A stretch of 64,000 bases of DNA from Candidatus Marinacidobacterales bacterium (GCA_965237955.1 OZ250169.1:1696001-1760000), one strand, 5' to 3'; shown: positions 42,858 through 53,856, counted from the stretch's first letter. Notes: a model not told the origin generated them from the sequence alone. Numbers and translations: made by a program.

Positions 42858-43550
42858 GTGACCGAGGAATCCGATACGAGAAAAAGCCTGTGGCAAAGCA
42901 AAACAATTTCGCTGATTCTCGTTTGTTCGGCGCTCGGCGTCGCCGTGTTGGTGCCGGGGGTCGGTGTCAACGGAGCGTTTTTGATTGCCCTTGTTGCCGC
43001 GGTCCTGGGCCGCAAGGCTGGCAGCTTTCGCGAGATGGGGATGCGCTCCCCGGTCTCGTGGCCGAAATTGCTGGGCACGACGTTCTTGTATGGCGTGGTG
43101 ATTCAGTTCGCCTTTGCGATACTCATCGAACCGATTCTGGAGAAAATCACCGGCAGTGCGGTGGATATCAGCGTGCTCGACGGGATACGAGGCAACTTCG
43201 TCAAGTGTATGACGATGATTGCCGTCGGTTGGATCATGGGCGGGTTCCTCGAAGAGTTCACCTTCAGAGGATTCGTCGTGACCCGCGTTCACAAATTGTT
43301 GGGCTCCGGTCCTGCTGCGATCTGGATTGCCATTCTGGTCGCGGCCGTTCCATTCGGTATCGCCCACATGTACCAGGGTCCCGCCGGCATGATTGGTACC
43401 GGACTCATCGGGTTCTTGTTCGGAGTTATCTTCGTCGTCCACGGTTACAATTTGTGGTATCCGGTGTTCGCGCACGGATTCATCAACACGGTTGCCATGA
43501 TCTTGATTTATCTCGATGTCGACCGCGGATTGAGCGGTTTCTTGTTCTAG
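42858..43550 (+). CDS. CPBP/Abi (CAAX protease-like) intramembrane metalloprotease
   Basis: EEFTFRG, FGIAHMYQG, AHGFIN; GGAGG upstream of GTG 42858. Confidence 0.9.
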   Translation: MTEESDTRKSLWQSKTISLILVCSALGVAVLVPGVGVNGAFLIALVAAVLGRKAGSFREMGMRSPVSWPKLLGTTFLYGVVIQFAFAILIEPILEKITGSAVDISVLDGIRGNFVKCMTMIAVGWIMGGFLEEFTFRGFVVTRVHKLLGSGPAAIWIAILVAAVPFGIAHMYQGPAGMIGTGLIGFLFGVIFVVHGYNLWYPVFAHGFINTVAMILIYLDVDRGLSGFLF

Positions 43551-43559
43551 CTACAACAG

Positions 43560-44073
43560 TGGACCCATCGTCGTGGACGATGTAGAACTCGACGAGCACA
43601 TAGTCCTCTGCTCGCACGATGCCATCGATGATGCTGTCGAAAGTTTCCTCTCCGTCGACGAGGAGCTCTACCGCGTTGCGGCGAAGAAACGGCGTCCCCG
43701 ACAACGCCATCAGGCCATCGTAGTCGGGAACTCTGTCGGCGGTTACGAGAGCGAATGGCTCGAGCTTCGGCTCGAGCGCGTCCACGAACTCTTCGATGTC
43801 CACTTCGTGATCGCGGCGCACCTCGACCCAGCCTTCGAACTTCTGGCGGCCGAACACGGCGTCGATCGGCACCATGACGTACGGGAATGCGTTCAAACTC
43901 ACCGCCCAGGCGATGGCGCCTTGGGCGGTCCGATTCCTCATGACGGCATCGACCGAGGCCAGGAGTCCGAGCACGTGAGCGAAGACGATCAGGATTCCGA
44001 GTACTCGCTTCACTCTTGGATTGGCAAAAATCCAGGGCCTGCGCTCTTTCGATGTGTCAGCTCTCGTGGACAT
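43560..44073 (-). pseudogene. cls: Truncated cardiolipin synthase (N-terminal third only)
   Basis: RTAQGAIAW, NAVELLVDGEETFDSI, YVLVEFYIVHDD, then homology ends before any HKD motif. Confidence 0.8.
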
Positions 44074-44215
44074 GAGCCCTCCCGGCTCGAAGTGTAATGC
44101 ATGACGACTGACCCGTTCTTTCGGCTCGTCCCTTTGAGATGTGTGGCTGCCTCGAGACCACGCCGTCGATAGCCGCACGTGCTAGAGTTTCGGTGGCATC
44201 TACGGCGTTATTGTT

Positions 44216-44299
44216 GCCGGGGTGGCGGAACGGCAGACGCGGGGGACTTAAAATCCCCTGAGGTAACTCGTGAGGGTTCGATTCCCTCCCCCGGCACCA
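44216..44299 (+). tRNA. tRNA-Leu(TAA)
   Basis: GCCGGGG/CCCCGGC acceptor stem, GGGGA-CTTAAAA-TCCCC, long variable arm, GGTTCGATTCC, CCA end. Confidence 0.95.
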
Positions 44300-44539
44300 A
44301 TTGAAAGTTACTGACCCGCTTCAACTTCAAAGGCTGCCGTGACTCAGCGTTGGACGCCGTCACTCTAGACTTGTGCTCAACTTGTGCTGTTCCCAGAACC
44401 GCCTAGGCAGGGAGTGACTGGCTCAATCAGATTAGCGTCGTCATAGAGTGCGATGGCCCGACGCGCAACATAGTAATGAATGTTATGTTTCCTGGGCTCT
44501 GGGATCTGGGTGAGGACGCGGACGGGAAACTCGAAGACA

Positions 44540-46726
44540 TCACGGTCTAAGCTTCGCTGCACGCCGCTTCAGATGAAGCACAGGCTCCGTATAGCCGTTC
44601 TCGGCAACGCGACCCTTGAATACCAAATCCAACGCTGCTTGGAATTCGACGCTGCCGTCGAAATCAGGCGCCATGTTCCTGTACAGAGGATCCCCCGAGT
44701 TCTGATCGTCGACAATGGCCGCCATTCTTTTCATGCTTTCTATGACTTGCCGCTTGGTCGTAACACCGTGATGCAGCCAGTTTGCGACATGTTGGCTTGA
44801 GATGCGCAAAGTAGCGCGGTCCTCCATCAACGCAGTGTCGTTGATATCGGGCACCTTGGAACACCCCACACCCTGACCGACCCATCGCACGACGTATCCA
44901 AGAATACCCTGGAGATTGTTATCGAGCTCTTTCTGAATCTCATCCTCGTCAAGTTCTCGATCAACTAGCAAAGGCATCGTCAAGATGTCATCGAGGCTCG
45001 CCCGGCCACGATTCTTGAGCTCTTCCTGACGAGCAAGCACGTCCACTCGGTGATAGTGAATAGCGTGTAGCGTGGCCGCTGTCGGCGAAGGCACCCACGC
45101 TGTATTCGCGCCGGATGTAGGATGCTCAATCTTGGCACGCATCATGGCCGCCATCTCATCGGGCATGGCCCACATGCCTTTTCCGATCTGCGCAGAACCA
45201 GGTAATCCAGTCTCTATGCCGATGTCTACGTTCCAATTTTCGTAAGCCGCAATCCAGGGTGCGCCCTTGATCTCGGCCTTCGGCAACATTGGACCTGCCT
45301 CCATGCCGGTGTGTATTTCATCGGCCGTGCGATCGAGGAAACCCGTGTTGATGAAGATCACTCTATTCTTGGCAGCGCGAATGCTTTCTTTGAGGTTCAC
45401 CGTCGTTCGCCGCTCCTCGTCCATGATTCCAAGCTTCACCGTGTTGCGTGACAACCAGAGCGCATCTTCCACCATTGAGAAAAGCTCAGCCGTAAATTCG
45501 ACTTCTTGAGGACCATGCAATTTTGGCTTGACGATGTAGATACTTCCCTTGGTTCTGCTGTTGTCCACGTTGCCGGTTCTCTCGATATCATGTTTCGCTA
45601 TAAGCGCCGACACAATGGCGTCGAGAATTCCCTCGGGAATCTCTGCACCATCCGAGGTGGTGACCGCATCCGTATACATATGGAGGCCGACATTTCGCAC
45701 CAGCAGCAAACTTCTCCCCGGCACCGTCATTACCTCGCCGGTAGGTGCAACAAACTGCCTGTCCGGATTCATGCTGCGTGTCACACGAGAGCCGGCTTTC
45801 TCGAAGCTGGCTTCCAAATCGCCCTTCATCAAACCGAGCCAGTTTCTGTAGACCAAGACCTTGTCCGGCGCATCGACGGCCGCGATGGAATCTTCGAAGT
45901 CCTGAATCGTGGTGATGGCGGCTTCGAGCAGGACATCCTTGATGTCGGCCGGATCGGTTCTGCCGACGGGATGCGCGGGATCGAGCTGAATCTCGATGTG
46001 GAGGCCGTTGTTCTTCAACAATATGGCGGAGAGTGAGCCCTCGTCTTCGCTGTAGCCCACGAACTGCGATGGATCCTCGAGCCCCGTGGTGCCGCCATTT
46101 CGCAACGACGCGCACAACACTTTCCTCGCCGCCGAGCCGTTCAATGAGAAGCCCGTCACGTCGGCGTACTTTGCGCCCCTGAGCCCGACGGACTCGTCGA
46201 GGAACTCTTTGGTGTAGGCAATGACTTTGTTGCCACGGACCGGATTGAACGCGGTTCCTCGTTCAGCTCCACCCGTATCGGGAATCGCGTCGGTGCCATA
46301 CAGCGCGTCATACAAACTGCCCCAGCGGGCATTGGCGGCATTCAGGGCGTAGCGTGCGATTTGTACGGGAACGACGAGTTGCGGCCCTGGGATTCTGGTG
46401 ATCTCTTCATCCACATTGTCGACGCTCACCTTGAAATCCGGACCTTCAGGGACCAGGTATCCAATCTTCTCTAGGAAACGCTTTTGCTCCTCGACATCGA
46501 TAGGCTGCCCTCGGCGCTCGCGGTTCCAAGCGTCGATTTCCTGCTGCAGCGCGTCACGGCGGTCCAACAGGGCTCGGTTCTTCGGGGCGAGGCGATCTAT
46601 GATGGCGGCAAGGGATTGCCAGAATTGATCCGCGACAATTCCGGTTCCTGGGGCTATCTCGTTCTCGACCAACCCGAACAGCGATGCGTCGATTTTCAAG
46701 CCCGCTTTGTCGACGGTGGCGGTCAT
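44540..46726 (-). CDS. glcB: Malate synthase G
   Basis: [61 protein letters not shown]. Confidence 0.97.
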   Translation of the reverse strand: MTATVDKAGLKIDASLFGLVENEIAPGTGIVADQFWQSLAAIIDRLAPKNRALLDRRDALQQEIDAWNRERRGQPIDVEEQKRFLEKIGYLVPEGPDFKVSVDNVDEEITRIPGPQLVVPVQIARYALNAANARWGSLYDALYGTDAIPDTGGAERGTAFNPVRGNKVIAYTKEFLDESVGLRGAKYADVTGFSLNGSAARKVLCASLRNGGTTGLEDPSQFVGYSEDEGSLSAILLKNNGLHIEIQLDPAHPVGRTDPADIKDVLLEAAITTIQDFEDSIAAVDAPDKVLVYRNWLGLMKGDLEASFEKAGSRVTRSMNPDRQFVAPTGEVMTVPGRSLLLVRNVGLHMYTDAVTTSDGAEIPEGILDAIVSALIAKHDIERTGNVDNSRTKGSIYIVKPKLHGPQEVEFTAELFSMVEDALWLSRNTVKLGIMDEERRTTVNLKESIRAAKNRVIFINTGFLDRTADEIHTGMEAGPMLPKAEIKGAPWIAAYENWNVDIGIETGLPGSAQIGKGMWAMPDEMAAMMRAKIEHPTSGANTAWVPSPTAATLHAIHYHRVDVLARQEELKNRGRASLDDILTMPLLVDRELDEDEIQKELDNNLQGILGYVVRWVGQGVGCSKVPDINDTALMEDRATLRISSQHVANWLHHGVTTKRQVIESMKRMAAIVDDQNSGDPLYRNMAPDFDGSVEFQAALDLVFKGRVAENGYTEPVLHLKRRAAKLRP

Positions 46727-47176
46727 TGGTCGCTGTAAAGGTTCACTGTCGTTGCGGTTCGGATTCGGGGCGCAAAAGCGCTTCTATATCGAGGGCTGGC
46801 CGCGATGGTCACACCTGAAACGAAGGGTAGGCAATGAGATCGGTCGTGCCGCCGAGCCTGTATAAGGATAGGAAAATTCATACGTGTCCGGCCCCGGTCC
46901 GCACGAAATTTCCCCACTGGGATGGGACTGTGCAGTCCGATTGAGTCCTGGTGAGGGTAGCAGAACTCGAGCAAACAGGGCAAGGCGGTTGAGGAGTGTC
47001 TCCCGCCGGGAGGATGGGTGTGAAGGGTACTTTCAAGTTGGCGAATCGCGCCCCAATATCGTGGGGGCTCGAGGATGCGCCGTCAACCATATCTTGGGGT
47101 CGAATCGGCCTTGAAGCTCTCAACTTGACAATACCCTCTCGACAGATACGCGACACGGCAGTATTCTCAGGCTACG

Positions 47177-47722
47177 GTGGAGGTTGGGGCTGGCTTGACA
47201 TCGCTGCCGCGGCGGGCGATCCTGTGGCGCTGTGTCGCGTTGCTCGGCGTGGCCCGGCCGATGTGGGCGGCGGCGACGTCGCGCGTGACCACGTTTCGCG
47301 AGCTGACGCGTCCGGTGGCGATTCCGCTCCGTCAGGTCGCCGAGCCGTGGCAGCCGCTGGCATTCGACGCCTGGGCGGTCGACGCGTCCGGTAGTGATGT
47401 GCGGCTCAAGGGAACGCTGGTGCGGACTGCACGCGCACCGGATCCGGCCGACGGCCTGACGTCGGTCTGTCTGACCTGCCCGCACGAGATCTGTTATGTC
47501 AATCTGGTCGAGGAACCCGGTGCGGCTGAGCTGGACGCGGGTGCGCCCGACCATCCGGTGTTCGTCTGCCCATGCCACTTCAGCTCGTTCGATCCCCGCG
47601 CGGATGGCGCCCGCCTGGGCGGTCCGACGACACGCGGTCTGTTCCGCTTTCGTTTCGAGGTCAGAGGAGAGGTAGTCCGAATTGTAGAGATCGAAGAGGA
47701 AATACTCCGGTTTTTGGCATGA
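47177..47722 (+). CDS. Rieske 2Fe-2S protein with twin-arginine-like signal
   Basis: PRRAIL, TCPHEIC and CPCHFSSF Rieske boxes, GPTTRGL. Confidence 0.8.
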   Translation: MEVGAGLTSLPRRAILWRCVALLGVARPMWAAATSRVTTFRELTRPVAIPLRQVAEPWQPLAFDAWAVDASGSDVRLKGTLVRTARAPDPADGLTSVCLTCPHEICYVNLVEEPGAAELDAGAPDHPVFVCPCHFSSFDPRADGARLGGPTTRGLFRFRFEVRGEVVRIVEIEEEILRFLA

Positions 47723-47742
47723 CGCAGTTTGACCTAGGAGGC

Positions 47743-48783
47743 ATGATGAACGCGCGAACTCTTTTCACTCTCGTCGTCGTCCTGTTCGTGTCGTCGTTCG
47801 TGACCGTCGTAAGCGCGCAAGAGGGACGCCAGCAGAAGCTGTATGTCCTGAGTAGCGCGGACAACGACGCCACCATCATCGACGTCGCAACGAATCAGAT
47901 CATCGGCGCGATCGAGGTTGGCGGACTGCCGCACGGCCTCGCCGTGCCCGCGACCAACGACATCCTGTACGTATCGACCGAACGCGACAACAAGTTGGTC
48001 GTCGTGGATCCAGTCACCGACGAGATCGTCAAGAAGTATCCGGTGGGTGACACACCGAACGAGATCGACATCACCCCCGACGGCCGGTTCGTATACCTAC
48101 CAATCCGCCGCGGCGGTGTCTTCGAAGTCTTCGACACCGTCAAGGAGGAGGTCGTTGCCCGGATTCCGACGGACGGGGACCCGCACAATGCGGTGGTTTC
48201 GCCCGACGGCCGATTCATGTATCTCGCACCGATGGGCGACAACGACAAGATCTATGTCGCCGATACACGCACCCACACGATCGCAGCGACGATCCCAACC
48301 GAACATGCGCCGCGGCCGATTGCAGTCAGCCCCGACGGCAAGTGGCTCTACGTGAACACCGACGAGCTCCTCGGCTTCAAGGTGCTCGACCTCGAGAAGC
48401 GCAAAGTGGTGTCGACGGCCCACTATGAGCTGACGGCCGACGAGAAGGCCGAGCGGAGCCGCTCGCACGGCGTCGTCGTGACACCGGACGGCAAGGAAGT
48501 CTGGGCGTCGGACGTGAATCACGAGTTGGTGTTCGTCTTCGACGCGACGCAGAACCCGCCGAAGCAGATTGCCAGGTTCGAGAACCCGGGCGATCCGTAC
48601 TGGTTGACCGTCACGCCCGACGGGAAAACGGTGTACGTCGCAAGCGCCACCGACGACACTGTTACGGCGTACGATGTCGCAGCCAAGAAAAAGGTGGCGG
48701 TCATTCAGCTGCCGAAGGGCAAGGCGCCCAAGCGGATGCAGGTCGTGAGCGTCTCGGGGAGGCGCACGAGCGATCAACATTAA
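47743..48783 (+). CDS. Secreted YncE/YVTN-type beta-propeller protein
   Basis: Signal peptide, repeated (S/T)PDGR/K-x-YV blades; AGGAGG upstream. Confidence 0.88.
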   Translation: MMNARTLFTLVVVLFVSSFVTVVSAQEGRQQKLYVLSSADNDATIIDVATNQIIGAIEVGGLPHGLAVPATNDILYVSTERDNKLVVVDPVTDEIVKKYPVGDTPNEIDITPDGRFVYLPIRRGGVFEVFDTVKEEVVARIPTDGDPHNAVVSPDGRFMYLAPMGDNDKIYVADTRTHTIAATIPTEHAPRPIAVSPDGKWLYVNTDELLGFKVLDLEKRKVVSTAHYELTADEKAERSRSHGVVVTPDGKEVWASDVNHELVFVFDATQNPPKQIARFENPGDPYWLTVTPDGKTVYVASATDDTVTAYDVAAKKKVAVIQLPKGKAPKRMQVVSVSGRRTSDQH

Positions 48784-48899
48784 GTTGACGATCGGAGAAC
48801 GATCTCCCGCTCGCGACCGTTTGAGCCACGTTCTAGGAGCCTGTCTCGTCCTACTGTTTGAAGCCCACTGATTGCGTGGGAAGACACGAGGAGGATGAC

Positions 48900-49816
48900 A
48901 TGACAGCAAAACGAAGAAAGCGCATTTTCCTGACCGGCGCGACCGGCGCGATGGGACTCGCCGGCGTTCGCGCATTGATCGCGGCTGGCCACGAAGTGGT
49001 CGGCACCACTCATTCGCGACGCAGTGCAGCCGCTCTGGACGAGCTCGGGGCAACGGCCATCTATGTCAACATGTTCGACGAAGGCGCCCTACGAGAGGCG
49101 TTGGTCGGCATCGACGTGCTCGCTCACTTCGCGACGAGCATACCGCTGGGGTTCGCATCCGTCCGGCTGAGCGCATGGCGCACGAACGATCGGTTGCGTC
49201 GCGAGGGCACGGCGACGCTCATCGCTGCCGCCGGTTCATCTTCGAATCGATAGCGCTCGCCTACCCCGACCGCGGTGACGCTTGGATCGACGAGTCGGAA
49301 GATTTGCGTCCGCCCTCAGTCGTTATGGGTACGGCGATCGAAGCGGAGGCGATGCTGGCTGGGTTCGCCGCGCGCGGCGGCGAGGCGGTGAGCCTACGCT
49401 TCGGCCGGCTCTACGGACTTGGGAGAGCCTCGGGCGACGTGATTGATGCAGTACGTAAGCGGTGGATGCCGATCGTCGGCAGTGGCGGCAACTACGTGTC
49501 CAGCATCCACGTTGCGGATGCTGGAAGTGCCATCGCAGCAGCGGTGGATGTTGCGCCAGGGACCTACAACGTCGTCGACGATGAGCCCCTGACCCAGCGC
49601 GTGTTGCTCGAGACGATCGCTCGGAGTCTGGATGCGCCGTCACCGAGAAGGATGCCGGAGATGCTCGCTCGTGTGATGATGGGCCATGCTGCGAAGGTGC
49701 TCACGGTGTCACAACGTGTCTCGAACCGTCGCTTTCGTGAGGCAAGCGGGTGGCGTCCGCGGTACCGGTCCGCCGCTCACGGGTGGCCGGAGATAGCGGA
49801 GGCCGTTGCGGCATAG
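48900..49816 (+). CDS. NAD-dependent epimerase/dehydratase (frame break or short deletion ~49230)
   Basis: TGATGAMG, NDRLRREGT; LRFGRLYG, SSIHVADA, YNVVDDEP in second frame. Confidence 0.8.
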
Positions 49817-49852
49817 TCGTGAGAAACAACGAGGGTCGATAGTCGAACGGCG

Positions 49853-50706
49853 GTGTTCGCCGAACACCGGTCGTACTTGTTTGCCGTCGCCTACCGGCTG
49901 CTCGGTATCGCGGAGGACGCGGAAGACGTGATCCAGGACGCCTGGATCCGTTTCTCCGATGTTCGCATCAAGGAGATCGAGCTCGACCATCCGCGCGCCT
50001 ACCTGCTCACGATCGTGACGCGTCTATCGATCGATCTCCTTCGCTCGGCACGCCACCGTCGCGAAGAGTACGTCGGCGTATGGCTACCGGAACCGGTGTC
50101 GACGCGCGAGGCACTTCCGCGCGATCTCGTGGAGCAAGCCGAATCTGCATCGTTCGCCTTTTTGTTGCTGCTCGAACGCTCGAACCCGGTGGAGCGCGCG
50201 GTCCTCGTCCTGCATGATGTGTTCGAGTACTCGCACAAGGAGATCGCCGCGGCGATCGGACGCGAACCCCCGCCAGCCGCCAGGCGCTCAGACGAGCCCG
50301 TCTGAAGCTCGGTGATGCGTCGAGCCGGTTACCTCCCTCCACAGAGCACGGGCGTACGCTCGTTGGACAATTCCTCGAGGCGGCGCGCTCCGGCGACCTA
50401 GAGCAACTCGCCGGCACCCTCGCGTCGGATGTCGTCCTGATGAGTGATGGCGGTGGGAAAGTGCTGGCGGCGGCTCGCCCTCTGGCCGGGAGCGGTTGTG
50501 TGGGACGGTTCCTGATCGCAGTGAGCAAGTCGGCCGGATGGAGTGGTCTCGAAATCACAGAGCTCAACGGCCAACCGGCGTTGCTCGTTTTCGGAAATCA
50601 CGTTCTGGCGAACGCGTTCCTCTTCGACGCCACCGCACAAGGAGTCACCGCGATCTATGTGGTGCGGAATCCCGACAAGCTACGACGCCTGGGCGACCAT
50701 AACTGA
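49853..50706 (+). CDS. ECF41/SigJ-type sigma factor (frameshift ~50270)
   Basis: AYRLLG..DAEDVIQDAW, YVGVWLPEP, SDGGGK, RNPDKL. Confidence 0.85.
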
Positions 50707-50723
50707 GCGGAGCGTTTTCCACG

Positions 50724-50921
50724 TCATCGTTCGCAATAAGCTTTCACGGCGTCCATATCTTTTCCGACAGCTTTTTGAACCATGCCCTTGATGAGCGGAT
50801 TCATCAGCTTGGGAAGAGGTTTGTAAGCCCGCGCATCCAAGAAGTTATTGATGTCGGATACGGTCTTGAAGACGAGTTCTACGGGCGCATCGATCGTCCG
50901 CTGGATCGTCATCCGGCTCAT
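50724..50921 (-). pseudogene. SRPBCC/polyketide-cyclase-like gene with large internal deletion
   Basis: N-terminal RTIDAPVELVFKTVSD joined directly to C-terminal helix KAVGKDMDAVKAYCE; only 65 aa. Confidence 0.6.
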
Positions 50922-50931
50922 GTCGCCGCCT

Positions 50932-51198
50932 TTAGCGGTCGCCTGATTTCCGGAAGCTGGACTTGGCGTGGCCGTGGGTCGCATCGTGAGGTGCAGGTGC
51001 CTCCCCCGTGGCCCCTCTTTGGCTGTCTCCGCCGTCGAAGATCTCGATCTTGCCGGAGTCGACGAGCTTCTTGAGGGCCGCGTGCTCCTCAGCACTATCG
51101 GCGATCTGTCCGGTCTTGTTCGGACCGAGGTGAAGTGATTTGCCGCGAGGTAGCGGTACCCTCAACGGAGCTCGAGTTTTGTTGACGACTGTCTTCAT
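50932..51198 (-). CDS. Small hypothetical protein
   Basis: MKTVVNKTRAPLRVPLPRGKSLHLGP...; GAGG-like RBS, typical codon usage. Confidence 0.65.
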   Translation of the reverse strand: MKTVVNKTRAPLRVPLPRGKSLHLGPNKTGQIADSAEEHAALKKLVDSGKIEIFDGGDSQRGATGEAPAPHDATHGHAKSSFRKSGDR

Positions 51199-51301
51199 GG
51201 AGCGCCCTCTCGAAAAGTATCGAGGGGCATTGTACATCGAGTCGGGGCCGACTTGGCGGGCTGAAGGTCTTGCCTTCAGCCCGCCGATACGGAGAATGAG
51301 C

Positions 51302-52080
51302 TCAGAAGCGTGATGACGTCAAGACAACGTCGGCGAGAGCCCAGGATTTGCGAAATCGTGCTTCGACCGCGCGTGCCTCTCGTGTTTTGCCTTGCGCTCG
51401 GAGAGACTCCAATAAACCAAAGAGCGCCCAGCCGTTCTCGCGGAACTTCTCGAGAGCTTTCACGTACATCGCCTCGGCTTCTTCGGCTCGACCGGCCTGA
51501 AGCAGAAGCGCCCCGAGCGACAGCCTCACCTGGTAGTGCCACGCGGGAGGCTCCATGTAGCCGAGTGTGTCCTGGTGGCGCACCGCGATCTCCATGACGC
51601 GGATGGCTTCGTCGAGATTGCCTTCGGTCGCGAGAATCTCGGCAAGCAAGACGTTCGACGCGACCGCAACGACGCCCTCTGCGGTGTACTTCGGTGCGAA
51701 GACCATCTCCATCATGTTCCGGAGCTCTTCGCTTTCCGCGATACGATTGAGCTCGGCGCGCGCGGCGCGCGCGTTGCCGAACTCTTCGAGAGCGTCGTAG
51801 GCGATTCCGCGCGCGTAGTGCTTCCGGCCCAACGAGCCTTGTCGGTGGATGACGAAGACGTGGTCCCTGGAATCGATCGAGATCCCGATGGTCGATCCCA
51901 TCACCCAATGATTGGGCAGCGGCTTCGGCCAAAACGGATCCACTTCGAACTTCGGTGCTTCGACACTGCCCTGGGCGGCTACCGACGCTCCAACGCAAAC
52001 TGACCGACGCCGAGCGCGACGAAGGCGACGAGCAAACCGGCACCGATGACCACGTTTTTCTTCGTGCATAGACGCATCAT
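51302..52080 (-). pseudogene. Deletion chimera: NHL/beta-propeller N-terminus fused to a TPR-protein C-terminus
   Basis: PKFEVDPFWPKPLPNHWVMG...HVFVIHR then HYARGIAY...EPPAWHY...ENGWALFGL; signal peptide lies in another frame from ATG 52080. Confidence 0.7.
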
Positions 52081-52107
52081 GCTTCCCACCCTTGATACCA
52101 TGGCTCC

Positions 52108-52369
52108 CTAGTCCCCTGTATCAGAACAAACTAGATAAAGCAGAGCTTGCCGAAACCATTCTAAGTGCATGAATCTTATGAATATTATGGGCTGGCGAAA
52201 AGCCTAACTTTGTATAGTAATCAAAGATCCAGGGGACTAGTCCCCTGTATCAGAACAAACTAGATAAAGCAGAGCTTGCCGAAACCCTTCTAAGTGCATG
52301 AATCTTATGAATCTTATGGGCTGGCGAAAAGCCTAACTTTGTATACTAATCAAAGATCCAGGGGACTAG
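52108..52369. mobile_element. Tandem pair of 125-bp MITE-like elements bounded and separated by CTAG
   Basis: CTAG at 52108, 52237, 52366 (129-bp period); terminal IR TCCCCTGTATC / GATCCAGGGGA; AT-rich; copies differ at 3 positions. Confidence 0.8.
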
Positions 52370-52484
52370 CGAGCCGGGGCCGAGTTTACGCTCTTCTCTT
52401 CAGGGAGTCCGCAGAGGCCTATGAGGCTCGGACCGGGCCAGGCAGCGCCGGCAGCGTCCGAAGAGTGGACAGCGCTGCGATCTT

Positions 52485-52727
52485 TTAGGGAATCCTTGCG
52501 GGCCAAAGCCCTCGAATGTAGATCGTGTCATCAGATACCCGGTAGTACACGATCCAGTTCTGCGCCAAGAACCAACGGTGATTTCGAAACCGGCCTTTCA
52601 TCCGGACCGGAAACATCCGCGGAAACTGCATGAGAAGCGATACCTTCTCCAGAATGATTTCGCGTTCCCGCTCCGATAACTCCAACAGGACCTCGAGAAC
52701 GCTCTCCGGCCAAAGGACCTCCGCCAT
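52485..52727 (-). CDS. RelE/ParE-family toxin
   Basis: 80 aa, EVLWPESV...LMQFPRMFP...WIVYYRVSDDTIYIRGLW; coupled to upstream antitoxin. Confidence 0.8.
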   Translation of the reverse strand: MAEVLWPESVLEVLLELSEREREIILEKVSLLMQFPRMFPVRMKGRFRNHRWFLAQNWIVYYRVSDDTIYIRGLWPARIP

Positions 52728-52993
52728 CAGCGCTCGTGATTCTTGTCGCGGGACCGCCTCATGGCTTCCTTGTGGGACACCAATCGCCCTGAGCGAATGT
52801 CATCCTCTGAGCGCTCCATCATGCGTTGGAACTCTGGATCCTGCTCGATTTGGTCGAGTCGTGAATCCATATCCGCGTACAACTGAATCGCTTCGCGGAC
52901 TACGAAGCTGAGATTTCCCGCCCGATCGGCGGCTAGCTTCTCGAGCACTTCATTGGTTCGGTCATCCAGGACGAATTGGCGACGCTTCGACAT
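52727..52993 (-). CDS. Ribbon-helix-helix (CopG-like) antitoxin
   Basis: RRQFVLDD...LSFVVREAIQLY; SEDDIRSGRLVSHKE; TGATG coupling to toxin. Confidence 0.8.
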   Translation of the reverse strand: MSKRRQFVLDDRTNEVLEKLAADRAGNLSFVVREAIQLYADMDSRLDQIEQDPEFQRMMERSEDDIRSGRLVSHKEAMRRSRDKNHER

Positions 52994-53211
52994 TGTGTTT
53001 TCCTCGCGCCTACCAGTTTAGCGAGATAATCATGCATAGTCAATACTATTCATGAATATTGTGCAAACATACTGAAATCCGGATACGCCGTGACCATACT
53101 GTTACTTCAGCTCGACGTGGTCGGCGCCGAGCAGGAGGCGGTTTCCCAGCTCGATGACGCCCCGCGTGGGTCGACGCGCGTACACGGAGACGATTCGAAG
53201 ACTGACGAACT

Positions 53212-53856
53212 CTAATTAATCGCGAAGCAGTAGAACAAGCCGTCGCCGCCCGTGTCCTGGAGGTTCTCCTGGCTGCAACCGCTGCTCGGGTGCGACGAGT
53301 TCCACGACGTCGGGTTCGAGCCACCGCCTTGGCGGTCGTGGTGGCCAACGAGTGCGCTACCGTTTTCTGCGTTGGTCGTCCAGTTCTGGCAGTTGGTGTC
53401 GACACTGTCCGAGCTCGCGGTGCCGTCCATCTGCGACCCCGTCAAAATATCGTGACGGTTGGGATCATCTCCACGGCCGTTGATCTTCTTGCCTTCGGCG
53501 CTGATGGAGTTTTCCTTGGAGAGCTTGTTGTTGTCGCTGTGGAGGTCCGAGACGCTCGACGCCACCTGGACGCCGTTCGCGCTGTGCCATGGGCCGGTGC
53601 CGATGCGATCCTTGGCGTTGACGCCGCCGCTACCGGTCGTGCTCAAGTAGGCGCGCCACGTTTTGCCGGTCACACCCGCGGCTTCCGCCAACGCGGTGCA
53701 ATGCGCGTCGGCGCCTTCGAGCCCGCCGAGGTTCGCGCCGTCGCCGGGTCCTTTGCCCGTGAGAAAGAAGCTCATGTCCGCGTCTTGCGCCATCATCGAA
53801 TGCGCCGCAAACGCAAACAGAGCGATCACCACCATGAAAATGAGTGCCTTCTTCAT
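53212..53856 (-). CDS. Secreted endostatin/NC10-like lectin-fold protein
   Basis: Signal peptide, NLGGLEGADAHC, WRAYLS, HDILTGS, GLFYCFA. Confidence 0.82.
   Translation of the reverse strand: MKKALIFMVVIALFAFAAHSMMAQDADMSFFLTGKGPGDGANLGGLEGADAHCTALAEAAGVTGKTWRAYLSTTGSGGVNAKDRIGTGPWHSANGVQVASSVSDLHSDNNKLSKENSISAEGKKINGRGDDPNRHDILTGSQMDGTASSDSVDTNCQNWTTNAENGSALVGHHDRQGGGSNPTSWNSSHPSSGCSQENLQDTGGDGLFYCFAIN

Noticed and set aside
37005-44215. Integrative island or prophage bounded by tRNA att repeats
   Set aside because: No duplicated tRNA 3' end, intact integrase or phage genes were seen
52108-52369. CRISPR array
   Set aside because: Two whole 129-bp units are repeated with no unique spacers and no cas genes in the window
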